Below are positions 1 through 10,112 of a stretch of 64,000 bases of DNA, one piece after another. The notes beneath the pieces are model-generated. The model searched no databases. It was given only the letters and a program-made list of their open reading frames with translations, and had not been told where the DNA came from. Both the position numbers and the translations under genes were made by a program. This stretch comes from Spirochaetia bacterium (GTDB lineage Bacteria; Spirochaetota; Spirochaetia; CADAEX01), in assembly GCA_963662795.1 (NCBI GenBank), contig OY759746.1, positions 1,344,001-1,408,000 of the forward strand. The letters run 5' to 3'. Each line of letters opens with the position of its first letter. Positions within the stretch are counted from its first letter, which is position 1.

Positions 1-44
1 TAAATTTTTTCATGCAGCTATTTTATAACAAGAAAATAAATAAG

Positions 45-73
45 TGAAGAGACCTGTTTGCCAGGTCTCTTCA
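45..73 (-). terminator. Probable intrinsic terminator downstream of hpf
   Basis: Inverted repeat TGAAGAGACCTG-tttgc-CAGGTCTCTTCA just after the hpf stop. Confidence 0.7.
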
Positions 74-82
74 TAAAAATCC

Positions 83-379
83 CTATTCAGTATGACTTTG
101 TATCTTATCTTTTTCCTTTGTCACCTTGTTTTTAAGTTTATCGATTATTATATCAATTCCATCATATAGATCGTGGTCAACAACCTTAAGATGATGACTC
201 AAACCCCATCTGAAATTAATATCAGCAGAAATTATATAGCCTGATTTGTCATGCTCCAGCCGAAACAGAAGATCAACGATCATGTCGCCTGCAAATTCCA
301 GTTTCTTGACCTTTTTTTCAATCTGCTCAACTGTTCTTTCAGTTACTTCGTAATGAATTCCTTTAATTTCCAAGTTCAT
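83..379 (-). CDS. hpf: Ribosome hibernation promoting factor (short HPF/RaiA)
   Basis: 98 aa, MNLEIKGIH...DLYDGIDIIIDKL pattern; directly downstream of rpoN. Confidence 0.85.
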   Translation of the reverse strand: MNLEIKGIHYEVTERTVEQIEKKVKKLEFAGDMIVDLLFRLEHDKSGYIISADINFRWGLSHHLKVVDHDLYDGIDIIIDKLKNKVTKEKDKIQSHTE

Positions 380-403
380 TTTGTTCCCCCTGATTTTTAA
401 GGT

Positions 404-1777
404 TTACCTTTCATAAGAAGAGGCTATATCAAGTTCTTTTCTGTATTTTGCAACTGTCCTCCTTGCTATTTTTATCCCTTTTTTCTCCTTGAGAAAATCG
501 GCCAGATTCTGATCTGAAAGATGTACATCTTTCCCCTCTGTTTCAATAATTTCCTTGATTATGTGTTTTACGCTTACCCTTGACACCATTTTCTCTCTGG
601 TGTCGGTGCGGGAAAGCGCAGTTGAAAAAAAGTACTTGAGTTCAAAAATCCCCCAGTCAGTCTGAACATACTTACTTGTGGAAATTCTTGAAATTGTAGT
701 TTCATGGACTCCGACTTTTTCCGAAATATCCTTCAGGGTAAGCGGCGCCAGATACTGAGGTCCCTTTATAAAAAAATCCCTCTGATATGCTGCTATGGCA
801 GACGCAGTTTTTAAAAGAGTCTGATTTCTGAGATGAATGGTCTGAATAAACCAGCTTGCCTCTTTTAACCGTGAATTTATGTACTGGACTGTTTTTTTAT
901 CAGTTATATCGCTCTCCCCTTTTAGTCCCGCAAACCCGGGGTTTATCTTAAGGACAGGGATCTCCTCTTCGTTAAGCCTTATTACAAGCTCATCATTAAC
1001 TACCTTGATCATCAGATCAGGTATAACATAGGTTGAAGTTTCTGTGGAAAATTGTCTGCCGGGAAAAGGATTTAAGGTCTTTATGTATTCAAGCGCATCT
1101 TCAACTGCCTTTAAAGATGTTTTAAGTATTTTAGATATCTCCTTGAATTTGCCTTTCTCAAGATAGTCAAAATATTTATCAATTATTTCTATCGTATATT
1201 CAGGCATGTCCCCTTTGATTCCCGCCTGGACTATGAGCGACTCCCTGAAGTCGCTGGTACACGTTCCCGGAGGATCAAGCATCCGGACAAGGGATATTGT
1301 CTCGCGGAGCTCTTCATCGGAATAATCCCTCGCAAGGAGTTCCGGTTTTTCAATATTAAATCCGTTCTCATCAAGGTTCTGTATTAATAATTCCCCGATT
1401 CTGAAAACTGCGTTTCTGACAGGCTGGACACTAAGCTGCCGCAAAAGATGGTCCTGCAGAGATTCCGGTCTTGATAATGCACCTTCAAGAAACATCCTTT
1501 TACTGTCATTGTCCCGGGATGCGGCGTAGGAAATTCCTCCGGGATCAGATGTGTTTTCAAAATAATCATATTCTTCACTGGTTTTTCGGGGAATATCATC
1601 AATAGATACGTTATTGTTGTGCTCAAGAGCTTCAAGAGCAGGATTTTTTTCAACTTCATCCTGAATTTTTAATTTAAGCTCCTGTACGGGCAAAGCCATC
1701 AGCTGTATCGATTGATACATCTGGGGACTTAGTTTCATTCTCTGTTCATGTATCAATACAGGTTTCTGATTCTGCAA
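404..1777 (-). CDS. rpoN: RNA polymerase sigma-54 factor
   Basis: RpoN box ARRTVAKYR, HETTISR HTH, Q/L-rich region I. Confidence 0.97.
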   Translation of the reverse strand: MQNQKPVLIHEQRMKLSPQMYQSIQLMALPVQELKLKIQDEVEKNPALEALEHNNNVSIDDIPRKTSEEYDYFENTSDPGGISYAASRDNDSKRMFLEGALSRPESLQDHLLRQLSVQPVRNAVFRIGELLIQNLDENGFNIEKPELLARDYSDEELRETISLVRMLDPPGTCTSDFRESLIVQAGIKGDMPEYTIEIIDKYFDYLEKGKFKEISKILKTSLKAVEDALEYIKTLNPFPGRQFSTETSTYVIPDLMIKVVNDELVIRLNEEEIPVLKINPGFAGLKGESDITDKKTVQYINSRLKEASWFIQTIHLRNQTLLKTASAIAAYQRDFFIKGPQYLAPLTLKDISEKVGVHETTISRISTSKYVQTDWGIFELKYFFSTALSRTDTREKMVSRVSVKHIIKEIIETEGKDVHLSDQNLADFLKEKKGIKIARRTVAKYRKELDIASSYER

Positions 1778-1798
1778 TGCTGTCTCCAGGTATGTAGT

Positions 1799-1887
1799 AA
1801 AAAATTCCCCGTACTTTAAAAAATAACCCTGACGGATATCAGCATAAATTATTTATTGCTGCATCTCAGGGAATGGCGGGAACTTCC
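1799..1887 (-). other. Long imperfect stem-loop in the lptB-rpoN spacer (candidate leader or sRNA)
   Basis: Nested pairings AAGUUCCCG/CGGGGAAUUU, CCCUGA/UCAGGG, CAGCA..UAAAU/AUUUAUGCUG; U-tracts after inner and outer stems. Confidence 0.55.
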
Positions 1888-1895
1888 TTATATTA

Positions 1896-1924
1896 AATTT
1901 AGGGTTGCCCTATCTATTTGTCAA
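1896..1924 (-). promoter_or_regulatory. Sigma-70 type promoter upstream of rpoN
   Basis: TTGACA-17 nt-TAAATT on the minus strand. Confidence 0.65.
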
Positions 1925-1967
1925 TGGTTAATTGAAATCAATTCAGATGAGCAGATGCCTGAGGCCA

Positions 1968-2726
1968 TTACATGGTAAAATCGCGGCCGAGATAGATGTG
2001 CCTCGCAATATCATTGGCAAGTATTTCATCCCTGCTGCCGCCGGTAAGAATTTCACCGAGATTTATAATATATGAGCGGTTTGTAATATCAAGGGTATCC
2101 CTTACATTGTGGTCTGTAATAAGTATTCCGATCCCTTTTGAAGATAATTTTTTTATAATCTGTTTGATTTCATAAACGGCAATGGGGTCAATACCGGCAA
2201 AAGGTTCATCGAGAAGGAGAAATGCAGGTTTAATTGCAAGAGCCCTTGCAATCTCGGTCCTCCTTCTTTCCCCCCCTGAGAGGGTATATGCCTTCTGTTT
2301 TCTTATCCCGCTGATGCCCAGTTCATCAAGCAGCGAATCCAGTATTGTATTCTTTTCACTGTTGTCAACATCCGAGCGGGTTTCAAGGATTGCCATAATA
2401 TTTTCTTCAACTGTAAGTTTTCTGAAGATTGAGGTTTCCTGGGGAAGATATGATATACCAAGCCTTGCCCTTTTATACATGGGGTAGGATGAAATATCGA
2501 GATTGCCGAGGTATATTTTACCTCTCGTTGCATTAATAAAACCGACAATAAGGTAAAAAACTGTGGTTTTCCCTGCACCGTTTGGGCCCAGAAGTCCTAC
2601 AATCTCTCCCCTTTCCATTGAAAAACTTACATCAGCTACGGCAACTTTCTTCCTGTATACTTTTTTGAGCCCTTCAACACTTAGAGTGCTTTCTGATGTA
2701 TTTTTCCTGCCCGCATCAAAATCCAA
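1968..2726 (-). CDS. lptB: Lpt system ABC ATPase LptB
   Basis: GPNGAGKTT, YLPQETSIFRKL, LSGGERRR, LDEPFAGIDP, ILITDHNVR. Confidence 0.95.
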   Translation of the reverse strand: MDFDAGRKNTSESTLSVEGLKKVYRKKVAVADVSFSMERGEIVGLLGPNGAGKTTVFYLIVGFINATRGKIYLGNLDISSYPMYKRARLGISYLPQETSIFRKLTVEENIMAILETRSDVDNSEKNTILDSLLDELGISGIRKQKAYTLSGGERRRTEIARALAIKPAFLLLDEPFAGIDPIAVYEIKQIIKKLSSKGIGILITDHNVRDTLDITNRSYIINLGEILTGGSRDEILANDIARHIYLGRDFTM

Positions 2727-2749
2727 AGTCTTTTTCCTTTTTTTTCGGC

Positions 2750-3487
2750 TCAGTTCCCGTTTGGAGTTTCTTTTTCACTGCTGATTCCGTTTCCGTTGTC
2801 ACTGGAAGCACCGCTTTCTTCACCGGGAGCCCCCTCTTCTTCCTGTTCTGTGTATATTATACCGGACACCTTGCCTTCAAGAAATATTTCATCAGTGTCA
2901 AGGTTGACAGTGATTTTAAGGGCGCGGTATACATCCCCTTTCCAGTGTGCAACAGGAAGGCCCGAGAGCTCGAGAATCTTGTTTTTTCTTGTGTACCTTG
3001 CAAACTCGGAGCGGCAGGCCATATCCTCTTTCAGGATTCTGACCCCGATCTGTACCGTTGCAGTTTCTGTTTCGCCGGCATACTCAAGATAATTTCCCTT
3101 AACAACAACTTCATTTCTGAAGTCTTCCATTACAACAGCCCCTTCAATCCTCGAGATATCATCTTTCCTGTCAAAAACCATTTTCTCAGCTTCAATAAAA
3201 AAGCCTTTTTCACTGTCCTCGACCCTTATCATGCCTGAGCACTCGGCAAACCGGTAATCATCACCGTATAATTCTATCCTTGCTGCTGTAATTACAGTAG
3301 ACTCCGATATTATCTTTGCATTACCGGAAAGGACTGTATACTCCCTTCCTTTCGACATGACTGTGGAAAATCTGTCTCCGCTGAACTCAAACGTATCAGC
3401 AGAAACTTTGTCGCAGATCAGTAAATTCAATAATGAAACAAAGAGAATAAAAGACAGGTAAGGAGTAATCAGGAAGCTTTTATTCAT
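2750..3487 (-). CDS. lptA: LptA/OstA-family periplasmic beta-jellyroll protein (start probably ATG 3487)
   Basis: Signal peptide, beta-rich repeats, position between lptC and lptB. Confidence 0.75.
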   Translation of the reverse strand: MNKSFLITPYLSFILFVSLLNLLICDKVSADTFEFSGDRFSTVMSKGREYTVLSGNAKIISESTVITAARIELYGDDYRFAECSGMIRVEDSEKGFFIEAEKMVFDRKDDISRIEGAVVMEDFRNEVVVKGNYLEYAGETETATVQIGVRILKEDMACRSEFARYTRKNKILELSGLPVAHWKGDVYRALKITVNLDTDEIFLEGKVSGIIYTEQEEEGAPGEESGASSDNGNGISSEKETPNGN

Positions 3488-4073
3488 CTGTTTGCCCCTT
3501 TCCTTCGGAATCACCTTCATCATCTTTGTCATCAGAGACAAATTTCCCCTGTGCTCCTGATTCGAAACTGAAGCTTTTATCAGGGGCTGATGACCTGAAT
3601 CCGGTTCCCCTGATAAAAGAACCGTTATTTTCCCCTATTTCAATTTCCTCTTTGTTATATTTTCCGCCGGAGGAAAGGGTTTTTGCTTTTCCGTCCCAGA
3701 AAACAGTGCTTCCCTCTATATAATAACCCTCATCCAGTGAATCAATCCGGAAAGACTCATCAAATTCTATATCTTCAGTATCTGAATAAAAATAAGCTTT
3801 TTGTGCGCCGCCTTCCGTTGCCACCAGATTATCATTGCCGTATTCTGCAAAATAAAGGCCGGTAAAAACAGTAAGATTTTTTTTATCAAATGTTTCTGCC
3901 CTCTCCGCTTTTACAAGATAGGCGGTACTCCCTTTTTTAACAACTGTTTCGCTGAAATTGATTATAACTGTGTTGGGCGTTTTTCCTGATATCTCTTCAT
4001 CGAGAAGAGCCCCTTCATAGTCGAGGCTGCATGAGAAAAACAGAACAGTCAGAATCAGTAAATTATTTTTCAT
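3480..4073 (-). CDS. lptC: LptC-like lipoprotein
   Basis: Lipobox LFFS-C, beta-jellyroll-like sequence, first gene of lptCAB. Confidence 0.7.
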   Translation of the reverse strand: MKNNLLILTVLFFSCSLDYEGALLDEEISGKTPNTVIINFSETVVKKGSTAYLVKAERAETFDKKNLTVFTGLYFAEYGNDNLVATEGGAQKAYFYSDTEDIEFDESFRIDSLDEGYYIEGSTVFWDGKAKTLSSGGKYNKEEIEIGENNGSFIRGTGFRSSAPDKSFSFESGAQGKFVSDDKDDEGDSEGKGQTDE

Positions 4074-5679
4074 TCTCCTTACTTGCTCTTATAAATTCCA
4101 CAAAGAGCGGGTGGGGCGAAAAAGGTTTTGAATTAAATTCAGGATGGAACTGGACTCCAATCCCCCATGGGTGGTCTTTCCATTCGACTGCTTCCACCAG
4201 GCTTCCGTCAGGAGTATAGCCGCTTATTATAAATCCTGCATTTAAAAATTCATCTTTGAATCTGTTGGAAAACTCAAACCGGTGTCTGTGCCTTTCTACA
4301 ATTAATTCCTTACCGTATGCCTTCTGGATTTTTGAACCGGGAGAGAGCTTTGATTCGTTATTTCCCAGCCTCATTGTCCCCCCGAACATTTTTATATCGA
4401 TCTGTTCCTCGAGAAGACTGATAACCGGATATTTTGTATCAGGTGAAAATTCACGGCTGTTTGCTTCAGGATATCCAAGGATGTTCCTGGCGTATTCAAT
4501 GACCATTATCTGCATCCCAAGGCATATCCCGAAATAAGGAATATTGTTCTCTCTCGCGTATCTTGCCGCGCAGACCATTCCGTCTATACCCCTCTGTCCG
4601 AACCCTCCGGGAACAAGGATTCCTTTTATCCCTTCGAAAAGCTTATCCATTTCTCTGTTTTCACAGGCTGCTTTTTCAAGCTCTTCCGAATCAATCTTTA
4701 CAATATCCACTTTAACGTTATTTGCAATCGCACCGTGGAAAAGCGCTTCTACAATTGATTTATATGTATCGTTAAGGTGAATATATTTTCCCACAAGGGC
4801 AATCTTTACAGTTTCATCCGCAGTCTTGAAAATATTGACCACTTTTTCCCATTGAGTCAAATCAGCTTTGCCGGCTTTTATGCCAAGCTTTTTAATAGCT
4901 ATACTGTCAAGGTTCTGCATGTGATAGGCAAGCGGGATCTCATAAATTGTTGTCTGGATATCATAGGCGGATATGACAGCGTCATCATCGACATTTGTAA
5001 AAAGAGCTATTTTTTTGCTCATCCCTTCTTCCATCTGTACCGGCGTGCGGCAAAGAAGGATATCAGGCTGAATACCGAGTTCCCTAAGCGCTTTTACAGA
5101 GTGCTGTGTCGGTTTTGTTTTCAGTTCCCCCCCGATAACCTCAGGAATAAGGGTTAAATGAACATATAAGACATTCTCCCTGCCGATATCATGCCTGAAC
5201 TGTCTTGCCGCTTCGAGAAAAGGAATTGATTCAATATCACCTACTGTTCCGCCTATCTCAATTATGGTCACATCAACATCAGGAGATTCTCCTATCGCAA
5301 AAATCCTGAATTTAATTTCATCGGTAATATGGGGAATTACCTGGACAGTCCTTCCCAGATATCGGCCCTCTCTCTCCTTCTGTATGACAGTCTGATATAT
5401 CTGTCCGGTTGTCATGGAGTTGGCCTTTGTCAGGGGTGCAGTTGTAAATCTTTCATAATTTCCAAGATCAAGATCTGTTTCCGCTCCATCCGCTGTTACA
5501 TATACTTCACCATGCTGATACGGGCTCATTGTTCCGGGATCCACATTAAGATAGGGATCTGCTTTCATCATTCTAACACGAAGGCCTCTGCATTCCAGCA
5601 GAGTTCCAAGCGAAGCCGCTGCAATGCCTTTCCCAAGGCTTGAACAGACTCCTCCAGTCACAAATATATACTTACTCAT
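4063..5679 (-). CDS. pyrG: CTP synthase (start ATG 5679; the ORF-track TTG at 5715 is part of a TTGACA box)
   Basis: [29 protein letters not shown]. Confidence 0.98.
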   Translation of the reverse strand: MSKYIFVTGGVCSSLGKGIAAASLGTLLECRGLRVRMMKADPYLNVDPGTMSPYQHGEVYVTADGAETDLDLGNYERFTTAPLTKANSMTTGQIYQTVIQKEREGRYLGRTVQVIPHITDEIKFRIFAIGESPDVDVTIIEIGGTVGDIESIPFLEAARQFRHDIGRENVLYVHLTLIPEVIGGELKTKPTQHSVKALRELGIQPDILLCRTPVQMEEGMSKKIALFTNVDDDAVISAYDIQTTIYEIPLAYHMQNLDSIAIKKLGIKAGKADLTQWEKVVNIFKTADETVKIALVGKYIHLNDTYKSIVEALFHGAIANNVKVDIVKIDSEELEKAACENREMDKLFEGIKGILVPGGFGQRGIDGMVCAARYARENNIPYFGICLGMQIMVIEYARNILGYPEANSREFSPDTKYPVISLLEEQIDIKMFGGTMRLGNNESKLSPGSKIQKAYGKELIVERHRHRFEFSNRFKDEFLNAGFIISGYTPDGSLVEAVEWKDHPWGIGVQFHPEFNSKPFSPHPLFVEFIRASKENEK

Positions 5680-5738
5680 AAATGTGATTATTTTATACCC
5701 TTTTGAGAATGTCAATTGCAGATATGGAAAAAATTAAA

Positions 5739-5766
5739 TTGACAATAGTAATTAAAAAAATATACT
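5739..5766 (+). promoter_or_regulatory. Sigma-70 type promoter for cheR-cheB
   Basis: TTGACA-16 nt-TATACT. Confidence 0.65.
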
Positions 5767-5790
5767 TAGCGATAAGAGTATAATAAGTAT

Positions 5791-6609
5791 ATGTCCTTAA
5801 CAATGACAGATTCAGATTTCGAAAAGATGAAATCCCTGATTTATGAAAAAAGCGGGATCCATTTTTCCGAAAGCAACAGACCGATTCTGGAAAGCAGATT
5901 AAAAGAAAGACTCAAAATTGCGAATCACGATAATATAAGCGATTATTACAAGCTTATAACGCGCGATGAAGAAGAGATGAAAATTCTTCTCGACTCTGTC
6001 ACTACAAACCTGACACGGTTTTTCAGAAATACCGCTCACATGCAGGCTTTTGAATACTATATAATACCTGAACTTGTAGAATATAAGAAAAAAAACAAAG
6101 ACAATACAATAAAAATCTGGAGCGCCGGCTGTTCTACCGGAGAAGAACCCTATACTCTCGCAATGATTTTATCCGAAATACTCCCTTCAGGATTCAATTT
6201 CTCCATTGTCGCTTCAGATTTGAGCCTGAAATCGCTTATGACAGCAAAAACAGGGTTTTACCCGGACAGCCGCATCACAGGTGTCCCGGACAAATATCTG
6301 CCCAGATATTTTGAAAAAACTTCCGGTGGTTATCAGATTATTGATAATATCAAGAAAAATATAAAATTTGACTACCATAACCTTAAATTCGACAGCGGTC
6401 TTAAAAACCTGGATATAATCTTCTGCAGAAATGTTCTTATCTATTTTGATGATGTCGCCCAGGAGAGTGTTGTAAACAGGTTCTGGAATTCTCTTGGCAG
6501 GCACGCCTACCTTGTTATAGGACATTCAGAATCACTTTTCGGAATGAAAACAAATTTTAAATTTCATAAAACAGACTGGGCAACCTTTTATATAAAAATG
6601 ACTGACTGA
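5791..6609 (+). CDS. cheR: Chemotaxis protein methyltransferase
   Basis: TTNLTRFFR, IWSAGCSTGEEPYT, IFCRNVLIYFD, GHSESL. Confidence 0.97.
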   Translation: MSLTMTDSDFEKMKSLIYEKSGIHFSESNRPILESRLKERLKIANHDNISDYYKLITRDEEEMKILLDSVTTNLTRFFRNTAHMQAFEYYIIPELVEYKKKNKDNTIKIWSAGCSTGEEPYTLAMILSEILPSGFNFSIVASDLSLKSLMTAKTGFYPDSRITGVPDKYLPRYFEKTSGGYQIIDNIKKNIKFDYHNLKFDSGLKNLDIIFCRNVLIYFDDVAQESVVNRFWNSLGRHAYLVIGHSESLFGMKTNFKFHKTDWATFYIKMTD

Positions 6610-6630
6610 TTTAAAAAAAAGGAAACAGCC

Positions 6631-7719
6631 GTGGAAAAAGAAAAAATAAAAGTACTTGTAGTTGATGATTCTGCTCTTATGCGTTCGCTTATAGGGAAAA
6701 TAATTGACAGCCAGGATGATATGTATGTTGTGGGCAAAGCAATGAACGGCTCTTTTGCTCTGCAGAAAATACCGGTACTGAAGCCTGATATAATAATACT
6801 TGACATAGAAATGCCTGAAATGAACGGTATTGAATTCTTAAGGGAAAAAGATAAAAAACATATTGAAATTCCGGTAGTGGTTCTTTCCTCCATTGCGCAG
6901 AAAGGAGCCAGGGTTACTTTTGAAGCGCTTTCTTCCGGAGCTTCAGACTTTATTACAAAGCCGACAGGGGAAGTATCCCAGAATATCAGTAGTGTCGCGG
7001 CGCAATTATGCTCTCTCATCAGAGCCTATACCGGACATAAACAACCCGTGTCACGGCAGCCGGAAGAAAGACAAAGCGTTCCTGCGGCAATGCCTGTTGA
7101 AATTAAACAAAAAGAAAATTTACTCAGTTACCCCGATACTTCAAAAGGACAGATAGAGATTATTACAATCGGAATCTCAACAGGGGGCCCCAACGCACTC
7201 AGATATTTTTTATCAAAAATAAAAAAAGATTTCAGGATTCCGATTGTAATTGTACAGCACATGCCTGAAGGCTTTACAGCAGAATTTGCCAGGAGTCTCG
7301 GCAGAACTTGTCCACTTGAGGTAAAAGAAGCTGAGGACGGAGATCTCATCCTTCCAGGCAGGGTTCTTATCGCACCCGGGAACCGGCATATCAAGGTAGA
7401 AAAAAAGCGGCTTGGCGCAATAGTAACCCTTAATGAGGACGAGCCTGTTAATGGACACAAACCTTCAGCAGGGGTATTATTCAAATCTGCTGCCGGGAAC
7501 TACGGGAACAGGGTAATGGGGATTATAATGACCGGTATGGGAAAAGACGGAGCAGCTGAAATAGGAGAGATATATAAAGCAGGGGGTTATACAATTGCGC
7601 AGGATGAAGAATCATCAGTAGTGTTCGGCATGCCCCGTGTTGCCATAGAAAACGGATTTATCCGGAAAGTCCTGCCGCTGGAAGAAATGGCAGATTTTAT
7701 AACAAATTTAATTAACTGA
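6631..7719 (+). CDS. cheB: Chemotaxis response regulator methylesterase
   Basis: REC domain plus GISTGGP, VQHMP, TGMGKDG. Confidence 0.97.
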   Translation: MEKEKIKVLVVDDSALMRSLIGKIIDSQDDMYVVGKAMNGSFALQKIPVLKPDIIILDIEMPEMNGIEFLREKDKKHIEIPVVVLSSIAQKGARVTFEALSSGASDFITKPTGEVSQNISSVAAQLCSLIRAYTGHKQPVSRQPEERQSVPAAMPVEIKQKENLLSYPDTSKGQIEIITIGISTGGPNALRYFLSKIKKDFRIPIVIVQHMPEGFTAEFARSLGRTCPLEVKEAEDGDLILPGRVLIAPGNRHIKVEKKRLGAIVTLNEDEPVNGHKPSAGVLFKSAAGNYGNRVMGIIMTGMGKDGAAEIGEIYKAGGYTIAQDEESSVVFGMPRVAIENGFIRKVLPLEEMADFITNLIN

Positions 7720-7733
7720 GTGGAGTAAATAAT

Positions 7734-8534
7734 ATGGGCTGGTATGGAAAACTGATAGGAGGGGCCATAGGATTCACATTCCTCGGCGGACCTTTTGGAG
7801 CAATACTCGGAGCGGCAATAGGCCACAGCTTTGACAGAAGAGCTGACATGCAGGGCCCATCAGGGCGAAGCAGTTACTCAGGTACTCAGAGTTCATGGCA
7901 AAGCAGCAGTACCGGAGGTTTTACAACAGGAGACCAGGCCCAGATGATTTTTTTTGTAGCTGCATTTTCAATGATGGGTAAAATGGCAAATGCCGACGGA
8001 GCAGTAACAGGAGCAGAAATCAAGGCAATAGAGGATTTTATAGACCGAGACCTGCACCTTGGAATTCAGGAAAAACAGTTTGCAATGAGAATTGTAAAAA
8101 CCGCGGCAGAATCATCCGAATCTTTCGAAAAATTCGCTCAGCAGTTTTACGCACAATTTCACAACCAGCCGCAGATGCTCTCCACAATGTTTGATATTCT
8201 TTTAAAAGTTTCCACAGCCGATAATGTGCTAAGCCCTCAGGAGGAAGCTCTTTTGAATTCAGCTGCAAGGATTTTTAATCTGAGCGATACACAGTATGAA
8301 AGACAGAAAACAAAATACTACAGCAACACGGACAAGTACTACTCAGTTCTCGGGTGCGCAAGAACTGATTCAACAGATACAATAAAATCAAGCTATAAAA
8401 AACTGGTCAAGGATTACCATCCTGATGTTATCGCAGCAAAAGGTCTTCCCGAAGAGTTTACCAGATTTGCGACTGAAAAATTCAGGGAAATAAACCAGGC
8501 TTATGAAGAAATCAGAAAAGAAAGAAACTTCTGA
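7734..8534 (+). CDS. djlA: DjlA-type co-chaperone (TM, TerB-like, C-terminal J domain)
   Basis: MGWYGKLIGG..GAAIGHSFD N-terminus, ADG motif, YHPD. Confidence 0.88.
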   Translation: MGWYGKLIGGAIGFTFLGGPFGAILGAAIGHSFDRRADMQGPSGRSSYSGTQSSWQSSSTGGFTTGDQAQMIFFVAAFSMMGKMANADGAVTGAEIKAIEDFIDRDLHLGIQEKQFAMRIVKTAAESSESFEKFAQQFYAQFHNQPQMLSTMFDILLKVSTADNVLSPQEEALLNSAARIFNLSDTQYERQKTKYYSNTDKYYSVLGCARTDSTDTIKSSYKKLVKDYHPDVIAAKGLPEEFTRFATEKFREINQAYEEIRKERNF

Positions 8535-9105
8535 AATCCGCCTGGCATTTTTCTGCGGCAATCCCGGAAGGGAATACAGCACGACACGGCACAATGCGGG
8601 GTGGATGCTTCTTGATGAACTTTCAAAGAGAGAAAATCTCTCCTGGCAGAGAAAATTCAAGGGAAGCTTTGCACGTTCAGACAATAACAGCGGACTAATA
8701 TATTTAAAACCTGATATATTCATGAATCTGGCAGGAGAATGCCTTTCCCCTGCTGTCTCATTTTTCAAACTTGCTCCTGAAAACATAATTGTATGCCACG
8801 ATGATATTGAACTTGATTATGGAACAATCTCCGCTAAATTCGGTGGCAGCTGCGCGGGACACAACGGGTTAAGATCAATTGAAAAGATGCTCGGCACGAG
8901 GAATTTCCACCGGTTCAGGATAGGGATTTCGCGCCCTTCAAGAGGCGATGTCAGCTCTCATGTTCTGGGAAGGTTTGAGAAGGATGAAGAGATTGTTCTG
9001 CCTCTCTATATGGAACTTGCGGCGGCAAAGTTTGTTGAATTATTCGGAAGAACGGGATTAGAATCTGCAGTTTCAGATGGGAAAAAAATCACTCTGCTTC
9101 CGTAA
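8503..9105 (+). CDS. pth: Peptidyl-tRNA hydrolase
   Basis: GNPGREYSTTRHNAG, HDDIEL, GHNGLRSI. Confidence 0.95.
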   Translation: MKKSEKKETSEIRLAFFCGNPGREYSTTRHNAGWMLLDELSKRENLSWQRKFKGSFARSDNNSGLIYLKPDIFMNLAGECLSPAVSFFKLAPENIIVCHDDIELDYGTISAKFGGSCAGHNGLRSIEKMLGTRNFHRFRIGISRPSRGDVSSHVLGRFEKDEEIVLPLYMELAAAKFVELFGRTGLESAVSDGKKITLLP

Positions 9106-9168
9106 AGGCCCCGGTCCGGGCCGGTATTTGACCGGCAGTCCAGTGCAGTGAAAATCAGCGTTGAAGAA

Positions 9169-9756
9169 TCAGAGCGGCAGCCTCCCCTGAATAGATCTCA
9201 TCAGGGTCAGCCTGTCTGTATATTCAAGGTCTCCCCCGACAGGAAGCCCTGAAGCAAGTCTGGTAATTTTTATATTTTTTTCTTCAAAAAGCTTCTGTAT
9301 ATAAAGCGCTGTTGTATCTCCCTCTACAGAAGGATTTGTCGCAATAATAATCTCACTGATATTATTCCTGCCGGTCCTTTCCATAAGCTGTTTTATATTG
9401 AGCTGATCCGGTCCTATGCCGTCTATCGGGGAAAGATGTCCCATAAGCACATGATACTGCCCCTTAAATACACCGGTTGATTCAATTACAGAAATATCCT
9501 GGGGCATCTCGACCAGGCAGATTGTGTTTTTCTCTCTCAGGGTATCAGAGCAGATTCCGCACACTTCACTTTCTGTATAGTTTCCGCATATTGAGCAGTT
9601 TCTGACTTTTTCCCTCGCTTCAGAAATGGAATTGGCAAGTGAGACAGAATAATTCTTATCTGCCTTTAACAGATAATAGGCAATTCTTGCAGCGCTTTTT
9701 TTTCCGATTCCGGGAAGTGAGGATAAATTTTTTATCAAGAGTTCAATAGAATTCAA
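9169..9756 (-). CDS. recR: Recombination mediator RecR
   Basis: LPGIGKKSA HhH, C4 zinc finger, ATNPSVEGD TOPRIM. Confidence 0.97.
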   Translation of the reverse strand: MNSIELLIKNLSSLPGIGKKSAARIAYYLLKADKNYSVSLANSISEAREKVRNCSICGNYTESEVCGICSDTLREKNTICLVEMPQDISVIESTGVFKGQYHVLMGHLSPIDGIGPDQLNIKQLMERTGRNNISEIIIATNPSVEGDTTALYIQKLFEEKNIKITRLASGLPVGGDLEYTDRLTLMRSIQGRLPL

Positions 9757-9776
9757 TACAGCCCCTTATTCAAGGA

Positions 9777-10112
9777 TTAGACCTGGAGTCCGCCGAAAGG
9801 GAACCCGCCGGGAAGACCCATTCCCCCTGTTATGGAAGAAATTTCTTCATTGATTCTTTCTCTCACCCGCTGTACCGCATCATTGAAAGCTGCTTTTACA
9901 AGTTCTTCCGTTATGCCTGTGTCTTCCGGGTCTATTGCTTCTTCAGTTATCCGGATGTCAATAACCTGCATATGGCCGTTCAGTTCAACCTTTACCATGT
10001 CGCCGCCGGCAAAACCTGTTATTCTCATCACGGAAAGTTTTTCCTGGACTTCGTTCATCTTGCCCTGTATACCCTGAAAGTTTTTCATTAATTCCATTGG
10101 ATCAATATTCAT
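9777..10112 (-). CDS. ebfC: YbaB/EbfC nucleoid-associated protein
   Basis: GFAGGDMVKVELNG, AAFNDA; between dnaX and recR. Confidence 0.92.
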   Translation of the reverse strand: MNIDPMELMKNFQGIQGKMNEVQEKLSVMRITGFAGGDMVKVELNGHMQVIDIRITEEAIDPEDTGITEELVKAAFNDAVQRVRERINEEISSITGGMGLPGGFPFGGLQV

